This document shows positions 1-8,462 of a DNA stretch of 64,000 bases, piece by piece. Numbering within the stretch: the first letter of the stretch is position 1; every line of letters starts with the position of its first letter. Below the pieces are notes generated by a model. It saw nothing but the letters and a program-made list of their open reading frames with translations, did no database searches and was not told the DNA's origin. The DNA comes from Clostridia bacterium (GTDB taxonomy: Bacteria > Bacillota > Clostridia > Christensenellales > Borkfalkiaceae). Where the stretch lies: contig JAFVYV010000011.1 of assembly GCA_017508485.1 (NCBI GenBank), forward strand, positions 20,295 through 84,294, read 5' to 3'. The position numbers and the translations under genes are program-made.

Positions 1-56
1 GTATTATACAAAAAAGGTTTTATCATAAATGATAAAAATAAAAAAGGAGAGAAAAA

Positions 57-671
57 ATGAAAAAACTAGGTATACTTATTGCATTAATTCTTTGCGTTAC
101 TATCGGTGGCGTTTACGCTACTTGGACATATACGCAAAACACAGACGTAGCCGATGAAACTATTAACATGACAATGAACTTAACTGACGTTGCATATAGC
201 GGTTCTTACGGTACTTATGAAATTAACACAGATTCTTTAAAGTTAAAGATTGACCCTAAAAAAGACACAACTCACACGACTGCACTTTACATTGAAGGTC
301 AAATCGTAATTACTTTTACACCTAACTCTGTTGCTCCAGAAGAAGTAAAAGAAAATGGTGTTGCTTCTACCTTTCAGTTTGGTTTAACAAACGCTAACTG
401 GACTTATGACGATGGTGACGGCGCTAAAAAGCTTATTACTTTAGCACACGACGAAGCTGAAGATATCGTTTGGGGCGAACCTGATGAAAACGGCGTATTT
501 ACTTACATAATTACTGCTGAAGCTCTTGCTGAACACATTAATTTAGCAGAATTCAACCTAGATACAAAGGTTAAGTATGACGAATTTAATACAGTTTTAG
601 GTAATGGTCAAATTACTATCACAGTTAGTGACGGTATAACTGCTACAAACCCTATTCCAAACAATCAATAA
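57..671 (+). CDS. Exported protein with SipW-cognate (TasA/camelysin-class) signal peptide; candidate major matrix/fibre subunit
   Basis: ATG preceded by AAGGAGAG (44-51). The N-terminus is MKK plus a hydrophobic helix ending IGGVYATWTY. The same GG-x-aromatic-A-T-W pattern occurs in the two downstream paralogous N-termini and resembles the TasA ...GGGTWA|AFND signal. It has its own terminator (688-720) and lies next to a SipW-type peptidase gene. Confidence 0.7.
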   Translation: MKKLGILIALILCVTIGGVYATWTYTQNTDVADETINMTMNLTDVAYSGSYGTYEINTDSLKLKIDPKKDTTHTTALYIEGQIVITFTPNSVAPEEVKENGVASTFQFGLTNANWTYDDGDGAKKLITLAHDEAEDIVWGEPDENGVFTYIITAEALAEHINLAEFNLDTKVKYDEFNTVLGNGQITITVSDGITATNPIPNNQ

Positions 672-687
672 TTGATACTGACATAAT

Positions 688-720
688 AAAGCCAGTCGTT
701 TTTTATCGGCTGGCTTTTTA
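688..720 (+). terminator. Rho-independent terminator after the 204-aa exported protein gene
   Basis: Stem GCCAGTCG (691-698) pairs with CGGCTGGC (707-714), with one G-U pair, followed by a T-run. Confidence 0.7.
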
Positions 721-745
721 TACATTTTTACTACAGTGACGAAAA

Positions 746-2005
746 ATGACAAAATTTGAGATATATTCTTTAATTCTTTGCATTATCGTTTTCGTTATGC
801 TTGTTAGCCTTTTTTCTTATATGCTAACTATTTTGATAAAGCAAACGTTAAAACACGTAAATGCAGGGTTAGAAGATGAAAATTTAATAAAAGAGTTTAC
901 TAACGCTAAAAAGCCAAGCAACTTTTCAAAATGGTTTAACGCAATTTTGAACGGTTTACTTTGCTTAATTTTTGGCGTTATTTTCGTTTCGTCACTTTAT
1001 ATAAGTTGTACTCAAAACACTTATTTTGAAAACGTACCTACTTATAGGGTTGTTTTAACTTCTTCTATGGAAGAAAAGCACGAAGATAACAAATATCTAA
1101 TAGAAAACAACCTAAACAACCAAATTAGCGCGTTTGATTTGATAGTTACTTACAAAATTCCTGATGAAGAAGACCTTAAACTTTACGACATAGTGGTTTA
1201 TGAAGTTGACGGAGTTTTAGTAGTGCATAGAATTGTTGGTATTGAAGACCCTAACCAATACCACCCTAACGAAAGATACTTCCTTTTACAAGGGGACGCA
1301 GTTGGTAAGCCTGACCGTTTCCCTGTAAAGTACTCTCAAATGAAGGGTATTTATAAAAATCAAAAAATACCGTTTATAGGTAGTTTCGTTCTATTTATGC
1401 AATCTCCTGCAGGTTGGCTTTGCATATTGTTGGTTGCAGGTAGTATAATTTTAACACCTATTCTTGAAAAGAAACTTTTAAATGCAAGAAAGGCAAGATT
1501 TTTACTTATAACTAACGGCTCTATTATAACGGAAGAAGTTACTATAACGGAAGATTTTGAAGATAACTTCCTTGACGACGGCGAAAATATTAAAGTAGTT
1601 CAAGCAAAAACTTTTGTGGAAAAACTTGAACTTTCAAGCGAACAGGTTAAAAAGAGATACAAAAAGATTGTTGATACGCTTAACCGTATTGAAGATATTC
1701 GTTTAACGGAAGCAAAAAGCCAACATTCTTATAAGGTTAAGGCAGAAGGTATTGCAAGGTTGTTCTTTAGGGGTAAAGACCTTAACGTAGCACTTCCGTT
1801 AAATCCAGGATATTATAAATATACAAAATATATCTTTACCGACCTTTCTTCTTCAACAAAACACCAAAACTACCCTGTATGTATTAAACTATCTAACGAT
1901 AGACATACCGACTGGGTTTGTGATTTAATTTTAGTTATTGCAGAAGAATTTGGACTTAAGGTTTTAGATAAGCCAGTTGACCCTAAGTTGGCAAATGGTG
2001 AATAG
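746..2005 (+). CDS. sipW: Signal peptidase I, SipW / ER-archaeal (S26B) type, with two N-terminal TM helices and a ~170-aa cytoplasmic C-terminal extension
   Basis: Catalytic Ser box VVLTSSMEE, His box VVHRIVG and LLQGDAVG box, as in Ser/His-type SipW peptidases. A TM helix (GWLCILLVAGSIILTPIL) follows the catalytic domain. An extra soluble domain (KTFVEKLELSSEQVKKRYKKIVDTL...VCDLILVIAEEFGLKV) comes after it. Confidence 0.75.
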   Translation: MTKFEIYSLILCIIVFVMLVSLFSYMLTILIKQTLKHVNAGLEDENLIKEFTNAKKPSNFSKWFNAILNGLLCLIFGVIFVSSLYISCTQNTYFENVPTYRVVLTSSMEEKHEDNKYLIENNLNNQISAFDLIVTYKIPDEEDLKLYDIVVYEVDGVLVVHRIVGIEDPNQYHPNERYFLLQGDAVGKPDRFPVKYSQMKGIYKNQKIPFIGSFVLFMQSPAGWLCILLVAGSIILTPILEKKLLNARKARFLLITNGSIITEEVTITEDFEDNFLDDGENIKVVQAKTFVEKLELSSEQVKKRYKKIVDTLNRIEDIRLTEAKSQHSYKVKAEGIARLFFRGKDLNVALPLNPGYYKYTKYIFTDLSSSTKHQNYPVCIKLSNDRHTDWVCDLILVIAEEFGLKVLDKPVDPKLANGE

Positions 2006-2006
2006 T

Positions 2007-3401
2007 ATGAAAAAGAGTATTGTATTATTCGCCTTTATAGCAGTTATAACCTTAATAGCATCTATCGGTGGCACTTTTGCTACTTGGTATTTTGCAGAAG
2101 AACCACCTACTCCCGTAATGAAGTCTGAAGATATAGGCATTTCTGAATTTGAATATAAGCCTTTCCAAGGAGTATATATAGATTCAATAATAGTATATGA
2201 TTTTAAGAACGTAACTGAACGTGCAACGGAATTTACTAAACCTACCGATATTTACTCTTCAGTTAGGGCAGTAGCAGGGTCGTACATAACTTATAAGGTT
2301 ACTTTTCATAATAACAGTTCGGTTAACCATTGGTTTGTAAAAAAATCTTTTACAAACTCATTAGTTCAAAACTCTTTGGTGGATAAACAAAATGGTGTTA
2401 CGATAACGCTGAAGGACCACCCTGGCGATAATTATTCTACATTTAATAATGAAGACTGGATTCCTGCAAACACCTATCGTGACGTTTATATTACCTATAC
2501 GTTTGGCTCTAATGCTATTAATGAAGTAACAACCTTTGTTTCATATATTTTTGGCGAAAAGATGGATGCCGTTTATACAAACTTTGTAGATATATTAAAC
2601 AATCAAGAGACGTATTCTTTTTTAGCAAAAGCCTTTGATGATAAATATTCAGCAACAGGCGAAGTTGTAATTGCAAATTTAGGCAAAGAAAAAGAAATAT
2701 TTGATACACTTTTTGGTGGTGACGTTACCATTAACGTTGACGGGCAAGACGTTCCTGTAACCATTATGATTAGGCGTGAAAACGTAGATGGCAAAAACAC
2801 GGGGGATGCTTATGCTAACGGACCAACTGGTTGCGAATACACGTTGTATATAACCATTGATGAATTAGATGCAAACAACAATCCTACGGGTAAAGCAACA
2901 GTCTTTGCCGTTACCTATTCTGAAGGGGGAATTTCTAATCAAGACAAATGGTATCAAGTTGGCGAATTGTATGAAGGTACTTCTTCTCTTGACGGCTATT
3001 TAGGGGAAGATGCTTTTGATTATACAACTTGGGAAGCCGTTCCTAAAGAATATATTGTTGCAGATGGAATAACCTATAAAATTGGTTTAGAACAAGGCGA
3101 CCAATATCAAAAGATGAAAAAACTTGAAGAAATTATGGCTGTTAGAGATAACGAAATCTTTAACAAAATTAATAATACGCAAATTCTAAAAAAGGTGTAC
3201 GCTATTATTCACAATGCCCAAAACAAAGGAAAGCCAGGTTATGACATTTTAAAACAAGCGTTTGAAGATGCATCACCATTTTATACCGTTAACAATAACG
3301 GTGGAGATATTCCTGTTAACACCAACTGCACAAGGGCTGAAATATTGCCATATATTGAAGCAATTCAAAAAGCGTTAGATTACTATAACCAAGTTAACTA
3401 A
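2007..3401 (+). CDS. Exported 464-aa protein with SipW-class signal peptide (accessory fibre/matrix component candidate)
   Basis: I prefer the ATG at 2007, 1 nt after the sipW TAG stop, over the TTG at 1977. It gives MKKSIVLFAFIAVITLIASIGGTFATWYFAEEPPTPV, which parallels the 3450 gene. The remainder has no motif I recognise. Confidence 0.7.
   Translation: MKKSIVLFAFIAVITLIASIGGTFATWYFAEEPPTPVMKSEDIGISEFEYKPFQGVYIDSIIVYDFKNVTERATEFTKPTDIYSSVRAVAGSYITYKVTFHNNSSVNHWFVKKSFTNSLVQNSLVDKQNGVTITLKDHPGDNYSTFNNEDWIPANTYRDVYITYTFGSNAINEVTTFVSYIFGEKMDAVYTNFVDILNNQETYSFLAKAFDDKYSATGEVVIANLGKEKEIFDTLFGGDVTINVDGQDVPVTIMIRRENVDGKNTGDAYANGPTGCEYTLYITIDELDANNNPTGKATVFAVTYSEGGISNQDKWYQVGELYEGTSSLDGYLGEDAFDYTTWEAVPKEYIVADGITYKIGLEQGDQYQKMKKLEEIMAVRDNEIFNKINNTQILKKVYAIIHNAQNKGKPGYDILKQAFEDASPFYTVNNNGGDIPVNTNCTRAEILPYIEAIQKALDYYNQVN
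2075..2110 (+). repeat. 36-nt block identical to 3521-3556 (encodes FATWYFAEEPPT)
   Basis: TTTTGCTACTTGGTATTTTGCAGAAGAACCACCTAC is present in both paralogs. The flanking codons are conserved only at the protein level. Confidence 0.9.
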
Positions 3402-3449
3402 CTTATACAAAAAATAGTACAAAAATAACGAAAAAAAGGAGGTATAAAA

Positions 3450-4049
3450 ATGTCAAAAAAAATAATGATTTCTTCAATATTTTTGGCTATATTGATATTT
3501 TGTGCTTCCATAAGTGGAGTTTTTGCTACTTGGTATTTTGCAGAAGAACCACCTACGCCTGTAAGTAAGGCAGAAGACATTGGAATATCTGAATTCGTTT
3601 GGAAGCCGGAAGAAATTTTGCCTGACGTTACGCCTGGTCAAAACTATTTAGACTTACACCAATCTATTTTAGAAAACGTAAAGGGTGGGCTTAACTCTTC
3701 AAAAGATACTTTAGAAGATGCCGTGCTTAGTGATAGAGACGGACTACTTCACAGTTCGCAAAACGTTCAAGGTGGTAACTTAGCGCACTTATTTATTACA
3801 AGTGCAACAAGGGAACTTGATTTTATTGTAGAATACGTTTCCGACAACGAGTTTTTGGTTTATATGTATGAAAACGCAAAGGCAGAAACAGGTGCCGTTG
3901 GGGTAACCAGAATTGCAGTATATAAAACCATTTATCTTAAAACGGCTGGCGATTGGGACGGAGCAGAAGCACAATACGGTTTTGCAACCGTTGACTTCTT
4001 CCCTAGTAGTAATATTATGGCGATAGACGTTAAAACTTGGTCAAGATAA
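3450..4049 (+). CDS. Exported 199-aa protein with SipW-class signal peptide (accessory component candidate)
   Basis: AAAGGAGG RBS at 3435-3442. N-terminus MSKKIMISSIFLAILIFCASISGVFATWYFAEEPPTPVSKAEDIGISEF. Terminator at 4061-4097. Confidence 0.75.
   Translation: MSKKIMISSIFLAILIFCASISGVFATWYFAEEPPTPVSKAEDIGISEFVWKPEEILPDVTPGQNYLDLHQSILENVKGGLNSSKDTLEDAVLSDRDGLLHSSQNVQGGNLAHLFITSATRELDFIVEYVSDNEFLVYMYENAKAETGAVGVTRIAVYKTIYLKTAGDWDGAEAQYGFATVDFFPSSNIMAIDVKTWSR
3521..3556 (+). repeat. Second copy of the 36-nt identical block (see 2075-2110)
   Basis: Perfect identity read directly from the sequence. Confidence 0.9.
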
Positions 4050-4060
4050 CTTAAAATTAA

Positions 4061-4097
4061 AAGCAGTAGTTTTTGCTACTGCTTTTTTTATTTTTTT
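4061..4097 (+). terminator. Rho-independent terminator ending the SipW locus
   Basis: GCAGTAG (4063-4069) pairs with CTACTGC (4076-4082), followed by a long T-run. Confidence 0.8.
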
Positions 4098-4174
4098 AAA
4101 ATTTTGCCCTTTTGTTTTATTGCCTTTTGAATTTTGTTGGTATATAATATCTATCGCACGGGAAGGATGAGAAT

Positions 4175-5506
4175 ATGAAATTATTTGAGCCAAAAGTATT
4201 TAAGGTATTTAAAACTTATAAACCAAAAGATTATTTATCAGATATAATTGCGGGTATAATCGTTGCAATTATCGCTTTGCCACTTTCAATTGCACTTGCT
4301 ATTGCATCTGGTGCTTCGCCTGAAACAGGGCTTTTTACTGCAATTATCGCGGGGTTTGTTACTTCGTTTTTAGGTGGTAGTAGGGTTAATATCACAGGAC
4401 CGACAGCCGCTTTTGCAACAATAGTTGCGGGTATTATTTTTACGCAAGGTATGGACGGGCTTTTCCTTGCGACTATTATGGCAGGTATTATTCTTATCAT
4501 AATGGGTCTTTTAAGGGTTGGTTCGCTTATAAAATATATACCACACTCAATTACGGTTGGGTTTACTTCAGGCATAGCCGTTACCCTTTTAATAGGTCAA
4601 CTTAAAGACTTTTTTGGTTTAACCTATCCAGACGGCACGGTCGCAATTGAAACGACGGAAAAGGTAAGTTTGATTATAGAAAATTTTTCTACCTTTAATC
4701 CTTGGGCGTTTGGACTTGGCGTTTTGGGGCTTTTAATACTTATATTCTTGCCAAAAATAAAGTTCTTAAATAAAGTTCCCGCATCGCTTATTGCAGTTCT
4801 TGTAGGTGCGCTAGTTTGCCTTATTCCTTTGGTTAACGCAAACACTATTGGTTCACTTTATACTATATATTCAGGCTTACCAAAGTTTAATTTACCGGTA
4901 ATCACGGGGGAAAGAATTTTAACTTTACTGCCAAATGCGTTTACAATCGCTTTACTTGCAGGGATAGAATCACTACTTTCTTGCGTGGTTTCAGATAAAA
5001 TGATAAACGATAAACACAACTCAAATACCGAACTTATTGCGCTTGGCACAAGTAATATTTTAGTAGGCTTTTTTGGTGGTATACCTGCAACGGGTGCTAT
5101 CGCAAGAACGGCCGCTAACGTAAAAAACGGTGGTAAATCGCCACTTTCTGGTATGGTACACGCAATTGTTCTTTTATTAGTGCTTGTCGTTTTAATGCCA
5201 CTTGCGTCTTATATACCTATGCCTATTATTGCGGCTATTTTGATTATGGTTGCATATAATATGAGTGAGTGGAGAGAGTTTGTTGCAATAATAAAAACCA
5301 AAAAATGGAACGATATTTTGGTTTTAGTGCTAACTTTTGCACTTACCGTAATATTTGACCTAGTAAAGGCAATTGCCGTTGGACTTGTCGTTCATTACTT
5401 AATTGTACTTATTAAGTTTTTAATAGAAAAAAGAAAAGCAAAAAAGGTTGCCCCTTTAACTACTGAAACTGAAGTTAAAGAAGAAAAAAATGAAGAAAAA
5501 AATTAA
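4175..5506 (+). CDS. SulP-family inorganic anion transporter, transmembrane core only (no STAS domain)
   Basis: The N-terminal DIIAGIIVAIIALPLSIALAIASGASPETGLFTAIIAGFVTSFLGGSRVNITGPTAAF is a typical SulP signature. The 443-aa protein ends in a short K/E-rich tail instead of a STAS domain. Confidence 0.8.
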   Translation: MKLFEPKVFKVFKTYKPKDYLSDIIAGIIVAIIALPLSIALAIASGASPETGLFTAIIAGFVTSFLGGSRVNITGPTAAFATIVAGIIFTQGMDGLFLATIMAGIILIIMGLLRVGSLIKYIPHSITVGFTSGIAVTLLIGQLKDFFGLTYPDGTVAIETTEKVSLIIENFSTFNPWAFGLGVLGLLILIFLPKIKFLNKVPASLIAVLVGALVCLIPLVNANTIGSLYTIYSGLPKFNLPVITGERILTLLPNAFTIALLAGIESLLSCVVSDKMINDKHNSNTELIALGTSNILVGFFGGIPATGAIARTAANVKNGGKSPLSGMVHAIVLLLVLVVLMPLASYIPMPIIAAILIMVAYNMSEWREFVAIIKTKKWNDILVLVLTFALTVIFDLVKAIAVGLVVHYLIVLIKFLIEKRKAKKVAPLTTETEVKEEKNEEKN

Positions 5507-5510
5507 AATT

Positions 5511-5536
5511 AAAGACCGTTAAAAACGGTCTTTTTT
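5511..5536 (+). terminator. Rho-independent terminator
   Basis: AGACCG / CGGTCT stem followed by TTTTT. Confidence 0.75.
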
Positions 5537-5588
5537 GTTTAGGGGAATATATTTTTATTTAGTTCATAAAATTATATAGGGTGATTTT

Positions 5589-6116
5589 ATGAAGAAAAAT
5601 TTGTTTGTTATTGAGTTTATAGGGCTAACTTTTACCGCCGTACTTGGCACGATACTTCATTTTTTGTACGAGTGGACGGGCTTAAAAGGACTTGCCGTTA
5701 TTTCCGCCGTGAACGAATCAACTTGGGAGCATATGAAACTTGTTTTCGTTCCGTACTTTATTTTTGCTGTTGCTCAAAGTTTTTTTAACAAAGATTATAA
5801 TAATTTTTGGTTTATTAAACTAATAGGCATTTTAACTTCTACCATTTCTATACCTATTTTGTTTTATACGCTAACGGGCTCTTTTGGAACACTTTCTGCC
5901 GTAGTTAATATTATAATATTTTTTGTTTCCGTATTTAACGGGTATTTTTTAGAGATATATTTATTTAACAAAATAAAAGGCAAAAAATGGTTAGAGTGGA
6001 TTTCTGTAGCCGTTATTATTGCTATATTTATACTATTTATAATTTTTACCTTCTATCCGCCAAAAATACCACTCTTTTTAGACCCTGTAACTAAAGGTTA
6101 TGGAATAACTAAATAA
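5589..6116 (+). CDS. Small polytopic membrane protein of unknown function (possibly DUF6512-like)
   Basis: Hydrophobic 175-aa ORF with an HFLYEW...VNESTWEHMKL motif. The family assignment is tentative and from memory only. Confidence 0.6.
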   Translation: MKKNLFVIEFIGLTFTAVLGTILHFLYEWTGLKGLAVISAVNESTWEHMKLVFVPYFIFAVAQSFFNKDYNNFWFIKLIGILTSTISIPILFYTLTGSFGTLSAVVNIIIFFVSVFNGYFLEIYLFNKIKGKKWLEWISVAVIIAIFILFIIFTFYPPKIPLFLDPVTKGYGITK

Positions 6117-6251
6117 AAACGACTGTCTTTTTTTAATAATTTTGCTATTTACAAAACAAAAAATAGGGTATATAATAATTAAGGATTACAAATTATTATC
6201 AATTTTACTTGGGTACGAAAAGATTATTTACTAAGGAAGGTAATATTATGC

Positions 6252-7112
6252 TTGTTAGAATGTTTAACTTTTGGTACTTTTTTTTGGGTTTTGATAGGTG
6301 CAGGGTTAACGGTCGGCTTATACTTTTTGTTAAGAAACAAAAGTTATAAAACTAAAAAGTGGGTAATTTTTTCTATTTTAGCGTTTGCGCTTATACTTCA
6401 CTTTCTAAAACTTTTAATACCACCTTATTCTACTAATGAAGAAATTAGGTTAAGAGATATTTGGTTTATAAATATTTGTGGGGCAAACATCTTTTTGTTT
6501 CCTTTTATATTTTTATCAAAAAGCAAAAGCGCAAAAGATTATATGTTCTATTTAGGGGTTATAAGTGGCTTTCTTGCCCTTCTTTACCCAACGGAAGCAA
6601 TAGGCAGAACGGTGGAAAACCCTTATATATTAGATACTATAAGATTTTATCTTCACCACATAATTTTATTTATGGCGCCACTACTTATGGTACTACTTGG
6701 CGTTCATAAAATAAGTTATAAAAGAGTTTTTAGTGCGCCTATCGGCTTACTACTTGTAATGCTTTTTATAATGCTAAACCAAGTTTTACAAAGCGAAATA
6801 GGGTTTATAAATTTAAGAAGTGAAGACTTTTTCAAGATAGGTTATAAAAACACTTCCTTTATTTGGGGACCTGGCGACGACGATATTGCGCAAATTTTTG
6901 TGGCAGTTTCGCCTAAAATTTTTAGAGTGATACCGTTTGGACCTTACGCTGGACAAGAAAAGTTTTGGCCGTGGTTTTGGATAGTCGTTCCTGTATTCGT
7001 TTACGTAACGCCACTTGCATTTTTAGTTTGTATGATTTTTGATGGAAAAGAGTTTATAAAAGATGCAAAAAACCTTTTTTTAAGAATAAAAAGTAAATTT
7101 AAAAGGGGTTAA
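6252..7112 (+). CDS. Polytopic integral membrane protein (YwaF/TIGR02206-like, tentative)
   Basis: Long hydrophobic ORF. The start is uncertain: the TTG at 6252 is in frame, while the best RBS serves an out-of-frame ATG at 6248 (see findings). Confidence 0.6.
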   Translation: MLECLTFGTFFWVLIGAGLTVGLYFLLRNKSYKTKKWVIFSILAFALILHFLKLLIPPYSTNEEIRLRDIWFINICGANIFLFPFIFLSKSKSAKDYMFYLGVISGFLALLYPTEAIGRTVENPYILDTIRFYLHHIILFMAPLLMVLLGVHKISYKRVFSAPIGLLLVMLFIMLNQVLQSEIGFINLRSEDFFKIGYKNTSFIWGPGDDDIAQIFVAVSPKIFRVIPFGPYAGQEKFWPWFWIVVPVFVYVTPLAFLVCMIFDGKEFIKDAKNLFLRIKSKFKRG

Positions 7113-7334
7113 TAAAAGATATAAATTAGGGGCTTAAAAATTTTAAGTCCCTTTTATTTTTTAGTAAATTAAATTTAATAGTGTAAAAAGGCTTATTTAA
7201 GCCGTGCTTTTGTTGTTTTTTGCGTTAAAAAACTTTTCTTTATTTTCTATTAAAACTAAAAGTGTTTATATTTTCTTGACAATAAATTTTAAAATGATAT
7301 AATTTTTATATAAAATACTTAAAAGGATATTGTT

Positions 7335-8417
7335 ATGAAGAAAGGGTTTTTAGGGTTTCTTGCAATAGTTTTCATATTGATGACGGCTATTTCAATGTAC
7401 TTTATTTCATTTTCAACTTCATATTACATAAATTATAAAGACTACGTTCTAAACTTTGGTTCTGAAGACTGGTTAGAAGACGGGGAAGATATTTATTCTT
7501 TCGCTAATGGTGATAAAAACAACGTAGGCAACTGGGACAGAACTTGGTACGGTCAAGAAATTAGAAAGTCAAACGGGGAACAATACATTTACCTTTACGA
7601 CAAGGGCAAAGATATGTTAGCCGTTAACGACAAGGGCGAAGCCGACCTTTCTTATGGTGGAGAATCAAGTTTTTACTATAGAACTAACGTTATAACTGAA
7701 GCGTCTGGCAAAAAAGACCCGTTAAAAATTAAACTAACCGTTGGCCGTGATGGTGAAGGTTGGTATGGAGAAAAGGGCGGTTGCTTACTATTTAGGCTTG
7801 GTTTTTATAGCAGTAAAGCGTTAACAATGACGGAAGAAGAATTTGCCCTTTACGGCTTTAAGAAGGAAGATTTTGAAGACGGTTGGTATTATTTAGACTT
7901 TACTAACAAGGTAAATAACGAAATTACTGAAGGTTGGTTTAATATTGACGCTGAATTTACCGTTCCTGAATTTTTCAACAACTTTGATGAAGCAACTAAC
8001 AAGGTTAACGACTTTGTTAAAGTTCAGTTTAAGTATAGCGACGGCGCAACGGAACAAGTTGAAGATATTGCGTTAAAAATAAAAGACATTGTTTTAACTG
8101 CTCCATCTACCGTTAAACTTATTTCAGAAGAAGGGGTTTTTGACATTAAACTTCCAAGTGACGTTGCAATTATAATTGATTTAGAAAACCCTGTGGTTTC
8201 TAAAGTTTATTTTGAAACGCAAGAAGAAAATATAAAGATTAGAACGCTTTTAACAAGTGAAGAATATAAGGTAGAAGGCAACAAAGTTATACTAAACAAA
8301 GACTATCTAGCAGGTTTAGCAAACGGACAAAATAGGTTTGTGTTAATCGTTAACGGTGCAGAGTGCAACTTTACGCTATTCGTTAGAAACGGACTTTTAG
8401 TGTTTGCTGAAGTATAA
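7335..8417 (+). CDS. N-terminally anchored or exported hypothetical protein
   Basis: MKKGFLGFLAIVFILMTAISMYFI anchor followed by an acidic, aromatic-rich soluble domain. A TTGACA-16-TATAAT promoter sits at about 7277-7304. No family recognised. Confidence 0.65.
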   Translation: MKKGFLGFLAIVFILMTAISMYFISFSTSYYINYKDYVLNFGSEDWLEDGEDIYSFANGDKNNVGNWDRTWYGQEIRKSNGEQYIYLYDKGKDMLAVNDKGEADLSYGGESSFYYRTNVITEASGKKDPLKIKLTVGRDGEGWYGEKGGCLLFRLGFYSSKALTMTEEEFALYGFKKEDFEDGWYYLDFTNKVNNEITEGWFNIDAEFTVPEFFNNFDEATNKVNDFVKVQFKYSDGATEQVEDIALKIKDIVLTAPSTVKLISEEGVFDIKLPSDVAIIIDLENPVVSKVYFETQEENIKIRTLLTSEEYKVEGNKVILNKDYLAGLANGQNRFVLIVNGAECNFTLFVRNGLLVFAEV

Positions 8418-8427
8418 AAAACAAATT

Positions 8428-8462
8428 AAAAAAGCCCTAAGTTTTTAGGGCTTTTATTTTTT
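8428..8462. terminator. Bidirectional terminator between convergent genes
   Basis: AAAGCCCTAA / TTAGGGCTTT stem flanked by A-runs and T-runs. Confidence 0.8.

Noticed and set aside
1977-2006. Upstream alternative starts offered by the track: TTG 1977, TTG 32278, ATG 24514, ATG 52727, TTG 60951, ATG 13198 and ATG 8971.
   Set aside because: In each case a downstream ATG has a better RBS and yields the canonical family N-terminus or signal peptide. The extensions overlap the preceding gene or a promoter.
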